A DNA stretch of 11,948 nucleotides. Origin: Gemmatimonadota bacterium (GTDB lineage Bacteria > Gemmatimonadota > Gemmatimonadetes > Longimicrobiales > Gaopeijiaceae). The DNA lies in the NCBI GenBank assembly GCA_039589315.1, contig JBDHHQ010000118.1:1-11948 (forward strand). The letters run 5' to 3'. The notes below the pieces were generated by a model. The model saw nothing but the letters and a program-made list of their open reading frames with translations, did not search any database and was not told the DNA's origin. Each line of letters starts with the position of its first letter. The stretch's first letter is position 1. Positions 1-4,916 of the stretch are shown piece by piece. Made by a program: the position numbers and the translations under genes.

Positions 1-1194
1 CTCTATCTTCGGGCTCTGGAGTACAGGGCGTCGAACGAGCGGCGTGAGCGCCTGCTGTGGCAAGCGATCGAGCAAGATCCGGACTTCGCCCTCGCCCATG
101 CGGCCCTGGCCCGCTCGCACATGCAGCAACACTGGTGGCGCGGGGATCGGTCGGAAGAGAGGCTTCAGGCGGCCAAGGCTTCCACGGATCGGGCAATCGA
201 ATTGGACCACGACCTCGCGGAGGCCCACCTCGCGGCTGGGTACTACTATTACTGGGGTCACCGCGACTACGTGCGGGCGGCGGGCGAAGCAGCGCAGGCG
301 GCCGAAGGACTTCCCAACACGGCTCCCGTCCATGCATTGCTGGGTCACGTCCAGCGGCGTCTCGGCCAGTTCGACGAGGCGATGACGAGCTATCGTAGGG
401 CTGCGGACCTCGACCCCCGAGGGGGCACCGGCCTTTTGGACTTGGCCGGGACGCAGGCACTGGTACGCCGCTTCGGCGATGCCGAAGTGACCTATGCACG
501 GTTGGCTGATCTGCGGGGCATACCTTTCCATCGCAGGGCTATCCAGTACGTGGTGCTGAACCGTGGTGAAGCTGCCACGGCCGAGACCATGCTGGCCGCG
601 TACAGCGCCCACCAGTGGGAAGACGCAGAACTCTGGAGCGTAGGTGAGCGGTGGTACACGTATCAGCGCATGTTCCTGATGTTGCGTGACTACGAGCGGG
701 CCGCAGAGGTAGTCAACGCTGCGACTCAGGACTATGAGGGCACGCAGTCGCTTCGGACTCGATCCACCGCTCTGGGGCACATCTACGGTTTGCTCGGGCA
801 GGAGGAACTGGCCCTGGCTCACTACGAGGCATCGCGCACCCAGCTTGAGCTTAGGAACGCAGATCAACCCACCGACGTCCGGGTTCTCTCGGCTCTCGGT
901 ATTGCCTATGCGGGGTTGGGCCGGGACCGTGAAGCGGTCGAGATGGTGAGGATGGCGATGGAACTGGTCCCAGAAGAGAGGGACGCCCTCCAGTTCCGCA
1001 ACCTCGTGACAGACCTTGGGACAGTGTACGTCATGGTGGGCGATGATGATAACGCCCTGGTGCAAGTCGAGTGGCTGCTCTCCCATCCGTCTCGCATGAA
1101 CGTTGGCCGTTTTCGCGCCGAGCCCATCTGGGATCCCATCCGCGACCACCCCCGCTTCCAGGCGCTGCTGGAGAAGTACGGAAGGGAGCCCTGA
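1..1194 (+). CDS. TPR-repeat protein, C-terminal part (TolB-like/TPR family, probably kinase- or cyclase-associated); 5' end outside window
   Basis: Frame is open from base 1 (LYLRALEY...QAIEQDPDFALAHAALA) into the listed 121..1194 ORF. It has TPR-like helices (AIELDHDLAEAHLAAG, LGQFDEAMTSYRRAADLDP) and the family-typical tail WDPIRDHPRFQALL. Confidence 0.85.
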   Translation, partial: LYLRALEYRASNERRERLLWQAIEQDPDFALAHAALARSHMQQHWWRGDRSEERLQAAKASTDRAIELDHDLAEAHLAAGYYYYWGHRDYVRAAGEAAQAAEGLPNTAPVHALLGHVQRRLGQFDEAMTSYRRAADLDPRGGTGLLDLAGTQALVRRFGDAEVTYARLADLRGIPFHRRAIQYVVLNRGEAATAETMLAAYSAHQWEDAELWSVGERWYTYQRMFLMLRDYERAAEVVNAATQDYEGTQSLRTRSTALGHIYGLLGQEELALAHYEASRTQLELRNADQPTDVRVLSALGIAYAGLGRDREAVEMVRMAMELVPEERDALQFRNLVTDLGTVYVMVGDDDNALVQVEWLLSHPSRMNVGRFRAEPIWDPIRDHPRFQALLEKYGREP

Positions 1195-1197
1195 CCG

Positions 1198-1335
1198 ATG
1201 TCCCTCCTGACCCGCCTCAAGGAGCGCAAGCTCGTCCAGTGGGCGCTGGCGTACGTGGACCGGATGCGCGAGGACGTGTTGGCGATGGAGGCGGATTTGG
1301 AGGCTGCTCGACTGGCGAGCGGAAAGGAACAGTAA
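1198..1335 (+). pseudogene. 45-aa remnant: N-terminus of a TolB/TPR membrane protein apparently fused to a C-terminal tail
   Basis: ATG lies 3 nt after the upstream stop. Translation: MSLLTRLKERKLVQWALAY-VDRMREDVLAMEADLEAARLASGKEQ*. LKERKLVQWALAY resembles the N-terminus of this family from recall; the expected TM/TolB/TPR body is missing. Confidence 0.55.
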
Positions 1336-1350
1336 CGAGCACAGTCACAG

Positions 1351-1422
1351 CGCCCACGATTCCGGGTGATCGCCCACGAGCGTCGAACCCAGGAAACAAG
1401 CGCCCACGAGCGCTAGTGGGCG
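1351..1422. repeat. CGCCCACGA direct repeats x3 plus one inverted copy (putative integrase arm-type sites)
   Basis: CGCCCACGA at 1351, 1371 and 1401, inverted GTGGGCG at 1416-1422, ending 12 nt upstream of the tRNA-Lys fragment. Confidence 0.6.
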
Positions 1423-1434
1423 TCCTGCATCTTC

Positions 1435-1477
1435 CTCTTAATCAGTAGGTTCGGGGTTCGAGTCCCTGGCGGGGCAC
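1435..1477 (+). tRNA. tRNA-Lys(CTT) 3' fragment (att-site-like, not a full tRNA)
   Basis: CTCTTAA anticodon loop, TCAGTAGGTT, T-arm CGGGG-TTCGAGT-CCCTG, acceptor 3' strand GCGGGGC-A. Upstream sequence cannot form the D-arm or anticodon stem; no CCA. Confidence 0.8.
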
Positions 1478-1481
1478 TGGG

Positions 1482-1581
1482 GTAAACGAGAGCCCTGCAT
1501 CGATTTAGGTCGGTGCAGGGCTTTGCTATTGGGGATCTGTGTGGCAGTGAGTTCTCATATAAGTCTCACTCGTGACGGATT
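1482..1581 (+). repeat. Left copy of ~100-bp inverted repeat (partner 3548-3646)
   Basis: 1482-1529 matches the reverse complement of 3599-3646 at 43/48. 1561-1581 AAGTCTCACTCGTGACGGATT matches the reverse complement of 3548-3568 at 21/21. The spacers are 31 vs 30 nt and diverged. Confidence 0.9.
1491..1529 (+). terminator. Terminator-like hairpin downstream of the tRNA-Lys fragment
   Basis: AGCCCTGCATCGA (1491-1503) pairs with TCGGTGCAGGGCT (1510-1522), one G-U, followed by TTGCTATT. Confidence 0.55.
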
Positions 1582-1667
1582 TCGTGGGACACGCCGTCGG
1601 CCGCCGTAAGTCGCTGTCATGCATGAGTTTGCCATCTACAGCGGATGCTCTTGTTCCGAGCAAACCG

Positions 1668-1713
1668 TTGTCCTGGTACCGTGGTACCCGCGCGTGTGGC
1701 GGTGTTCAGGGAG
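1668..1713 (+). repeat. 46-bp direct repeat, copy 1
   Basis: TTGTCCTGGTACCGTGGTACCCGCGCGTGTGGCGGTGTTCAGGGAG; 43/46 identical to 1932-1977. Confidence 0.9.
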
Positions 1714-1873
1714 CGGGTCGCGCCGCTCGGCCGCTACAGGCCGCCCCTAGCCCACGGGGGGCTAGGGGGGTCTCTAGGGGGTCCGAAAGGGGGGAGTATC
1801 CCAACCCGATCGCTCGGTGTTTGCTTTGCGATGTGTCTAAGCCATAGTAGAATAATGACTTAGCCTCGGGGCT

Positions 1874-1901
1874 ACTTCTGATAAGGGCCATTATGTAAAG
1901 T
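1874..1901 (+). other. dif: XerCD dif-like recombination site
   Basis: ACTTCTGATAA-GGGCCA-TTATGTAAAGT: 11-6-11 architecture with ATAA/TTAT inner palindrome. The right arm is XerD-type (TTATGTnAAnT), close to E. coli TTATGTTAAAT and B. subtilis TTATGTAAACT. Confidence 0.8.
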
Positions 1902-1931
1902 CGGGCCCTGCATACCCGCACGGAGTATCCT

Positions 1932-1977
1932 TTGTCCTGGTACCTTGGTACGCGCGCGTGTGGCGGCGTTCAGGGAG
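1932..1977 (+). repeat. 46-bp direct repeat, copy 2
   Basis: TTGTCCTGGTACCTTGGTACGCGCGCGTGTGGCGGCGTTCAGGGAG; 43/46 identical to 1668-1713. Confidence 0.9.
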
Positions 1978-1995
1978 GTGGTCCCACCGGGCGTT

Positions 1996-2051
1996 GGCCC
2001 TGGCCGGGGGTCCAATCCGTACCGGCCCTGGCCGGGGGTCCAATCCGTACC
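1996..2051 (+). repeat. Perfect 28-bp tandem duplication
   Basis: GGCCCTGGCCGGGGGTCCAATCCGTACC at 1996-2023 and 2024-2051. Confidence 0.95.
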
Positions 2052-2059
2052 CTGGGTGA

Positions 2060-3433
2060 GGGGGGGGGCCCGTGTGGGGGTACGACGGCTACGTGTACTT
2101 CACCAGCGGGCGAGACGCCTTTCGCGTGCTCAGCGCCGGAGGAGCGGCAGAGGTCCTCCTGAGCCTCGGCGAGGGAGAATCCGTCCATCGATTCACCGAC
2201 CTGTTGCCGTCCGGTGACCGAGCGCTCCACGGCGTGGTCGCCGATGACGAAGGGGAGGTCCGGATCCTCGACCTCGAAGGCGGCGAGGAGCGGACCCTTG
2301 CCTCCGGCGCGTGGGGGAAGTTCGCAGCGCCGGGATACCTCCTGTATCTCACTGACGGCACACTCATGGGAGCCCCGCTCGATGCCGCCGCCATGGAGCT
2401 CACCGGCCCCCCCGTTCCGCTCATCGCCGACGTCCTCGCCTTTTCCGTAGCAGAGGACGGCACTCTCTTCTACTCCACCGGGGCCGGCGGCGGCGGGACT
2501 GTGGCTCGCGCCGTGTGGGTGGACCGCGCCGGCGAGATCACCCCCATCGATCCGGCGTGGACCTTCGACCGGACCACGAATCCCAACGACATCCCGGCCC
2601 TCTCACCCGATGGGACGCGCCTCGCCCTGCGAGAGCTCGCCGAGGACGGCTTCGACATCTGGGTCAAGCAGCTACCGGCCGGCGTCCGCACCCGACTCAC
2701 CCTGGCTGAGGGCGAGGACCGGATGGCAGTGTGGCACCCGAATGGCCGGGAGATCCTCTTCATCTCCAGTCGGGACGGTGACCGACAGGTCTGGATGAAG
2801 CGGGCCGACGGTATCGGCGAGGCTCGTCTCTTCGTCGACTTCGACATGCCGGTGGCCAATGCCGCCTGGACCCCGGACGGAGCGAAGCTCCTCCTTCGGA
2901 CCGCCGGAACCGGCGGCGTGGAGGGTGGCCGGGACATTTACATCTACGATCCCGAGTCCGGTGACTCGCCCCAACCTCTCCTTGCCGAGGGCTTCGACGA
3001 TGGTGCGCCGGCCGTCTCTCCGGACGGTCGCTGGTTGGCATACACCTCCAACGAAAGCAACCGTTGGGAGGTCTACGTGCGTCCGTTCCCCGACGTGGAG
3101 GGCGGCCGATGGCAGATTTCCACCGACGGTGGGCGGACGCCCAAGTGGTCCCGCGACGGTGATGAGCTCTTCTTCCTGGACAACAACGATCAGTTCGTGG
3201 CCGTGGCCGTCGAGACCGACGGCGGATTCCGCGCCGGTACGCCCCAGGTCCTTTTCACCGTCCCTCCCTACATCGAGACCGTCGACCTCAGCTTCCCGTA
3301 CGATGTGGCGCTCGACAACGACCACTTCGTGGCGCTCAGCTACGACATCGGAAACGACGACGACCGTCCCGGCCCGGGCGCGGTGCTGGTGGAGAACTTC
3401 GCCGCGGAGCTTCAGGCCAGGATTCCCCGCTGA
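2060..3433 (+). pseudogene. 5'-truncated PD40/TolB-like beta-propeller (C-terminal half of a Ser/Thr kinase-PD40 protein)
   Basis: ORF 2072..3433 is collinear with the C-terminal half of 4917..7607 (WGYDGYVYF vs WGRDGYLYY; SPDGRWLAYTSNESNRWEVYVRPFP vs SPNDRFLAYVSNSSGRPEVYVRPFP; VLVENFAAEL vs IVVENFQEEL). In-frame TGA at 2057-2059; no kinase domain, signal peptide or TM helix. Confidence 0.75.
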
Positions 3434-3547
3434 GCGGCGGCGGGTGGACAGCCGCGCTCACTCCGTCAACACTGCCACGCGCGCGTAACCATCATCCCAA
3501 CATTCAGTTACGGTACCGGCGGCCCTGTCTCCGGGGCCTGCAAGTGG

Positions 3548-3646
3548 AATCCGTCACGAGTGAGACTTCTGTGATACTCGTGTCGGCACATCGAGAATAT
3601 AGCAAAGCCCTGCACCGATCTAAGTCGATGCAGGGCTTTCCCTTAC
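3548..3646 (-). repeat. Right copy of ~100-bp inverted repeat, including a terminator-like hairpin (3606-3637)
   Basis: Reverse complement matches 1482-1529 (43/48) and 1561-1581 (21/21). Confidence 0.9.
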
Positions 3647-3747
3647 TCTATGCGGAAGGCCCTGCGGGGCAGGCGTGAGGTCGGTGGAGGGGAGTCCTGA
3701 ACCGACACGCTGAATCGGCACACGTCCGGTGCCAAGGGCCCGAAGGC

Positions 3748-3781
3748 AGCCCCACCTGAGGCCGTGACCTCAAGCGGGGCT
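3748..3781 (-). terminator. Hairpin downstream of the tRNA-Ala fragment
   Basis: On the minus strand AGCCCCGCTTGAGG-TCACGG-CCTCAGGTGGGGCT forms a 14-bp stem with 2 G-U pairs, starting 13 nt after the tRNA fragment. No clear U-tract. Confidence 0.45.
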
Positions 3782-3794
3782 TGATGATCTCCCA

Positions 3795-3837
3795 GTGGAG
3801 CCAGGGGGGCTCGAACCCCCGACCTCCGGCTTGCAAA
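3795..3837 (-). tRNA. tRNA-Ala(TGC) 3' fragment (att-site-like, not a full tRNA)
   Basis: Reverse complement TTTGCAA-GCCGG-AGGTC-GGGGG-TTCGAGC-CCCCC-TGGCTCC-AC: anticodon loop TGC, T-arm and Ala-type acceptor strand. The 5' half is absent; no CCA. Confidence 0.8.
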
Positions 3838-3968
3838 GGGAAGATCGCCCTAACAGAAATGCCCATTTCGCCAACTGCAGGCGTCTGTAAGTTATTGCAT
3901 CATAGCAGGTTAGTGTTCATGCCAGGTGACGCCGGGTCCTCCCCGTACACGTCGCTGAAGGGCAGATC

Positions 3969-3987
3969 TGTTACCCGTTTTGTTACC
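3969..3987. repeat. TGTTACC direct repeat pair (putative integrase arm-type sites)
   Basis: TGTTACC at 3969-3975 and 3981-3987, about 130 nt from the tRNA-Ala fragment at the edge of the lower-GC tract. Confidence 0.45.
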
Positions 3988-4003
3988 GGTTGATCGGGTA
4001 GGC

Positions 4004-4733
4004 TTCCGGCCGGTCCTCACGGCAGCGCGCGGCGGACACGGACCGGGCATGTCGCCTTGCGTCACCTGCCACGTGAACAACGGTACGCCACTCAAGCTGC
4101 AGCCACTCCAGGAGAGGGATGGCGGCCGGGTGTACTGGTCGGAGGAGCAGTCGCGATCGAACTTCGAGGTGGTGTCGCGCCTGGTCGTACCCGGAAGCCC
4201 GGAGCGGAGCCGTGCTGAAGAGGGCGCGTGCCGTCGAGGCGGGCGGGGCCACCTTCCGCGTGGGTGGCAAGTTCTTCGACTCCCAGGCTGATCCCGAGTG
4301 GCAGGCGATCGCCGACTGGGTGCGGGCCGCCGACGCTCCGGCCGAGGCGGAGGCGTCCGAGTCCATGCCACCACCGTTGGACTTCCAGCTCTTCCGCACC
4401 TGCGTTCAGCAGATCTTCCTGAACAAGCGGGAGGGGCGTATGGAGTGCGTCCACTGCCATGGCTCCGGCTCGCGCGATTTCGCCCGAGAGATTTCAGAGG
4501 GGAGGGCGTTCTGGAACGTCGAGGAGTCCCGGCAGAACTTTGAGGTTGTCCTGCGTTACATCGAGCCCGGACATCCCATGAGGAGGCGCTTCCTGACGCA
4601 TCCGCTGGCGCCCGAAGCAGGGGGCGATCACTTCCACAGCCGAGGTCGGCGTTGGCTCAGCCAGGACGACCCGGAGTGGCGGATGCTGGCCGCCTGGGTG
4701 AGGGGCGAGCAGGCCCAATGCCTCAGCAGGTGA
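4004..4733 (+). pseudogene. Two-repeat, di-heme (2x CxxCH) cytochrome c-like protein, 5'-truncated and frameshifted
   Basis: Frame of 3980..4291 gives PVLTAAR..CVTCH..WSEEQSRSNFEVVSRLVVPGSPERSR. After a shift at ~4211-4214, the frame of 4119..4733 continues LKRARAVEAGG..GGKFFDSQADPEWQAIADWVR, then a second repeat CVHCH..WNVEESRQNFEVVLRYIEPG..HPLAPEAGGDHFH..SQDDPEWRMLAAWVR. No signal peptide. The 5' boundary is approximate. Confidence 0.7.
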
Positions 4734-4916
4734 TCCCCTCGAGAATGCGGCGCCGGGCCTCCAGGCCGCATGTCAGGCCACCATGACCTGATCCGGCACC
4801 CCATTGGCGCAGAGCTTCCAAGTCGTCGTTTTCTTGCCCTTCCCTGAACCGCTCACACATCTTGAACCGGCCCCGGCCCGCGCCGGTCCCCCCGCCCCCC
4901 AACTGGTCTGCAAGAC

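Noticed and set aside
1400..1480. Full-length tRNA-Lys gene
   Set aside because: The 5' half is missing: upstream bases do not pair with the anticodon 3' strand and there is no D-arm. The same applies to the tRNA-Ala at 3795-3870.
1668..1977. DGR template/variable repeat pair
   Set aside because: The three mismatches (G/T, C/G, T/C) are not adenine-specific, the region looks non-coding, and no reverse transcriptase is present.
1996..2051. CRISPR array
   Set aside because: Two adjacent 28-bp copies with no spacer, and no cas genes in the window.
1572..2230. Short ORFs across the dif region
   Set aside because: They translate repeats and G-runs (Gly/Arg/Pro-rich) and overlap the recombination-site features.
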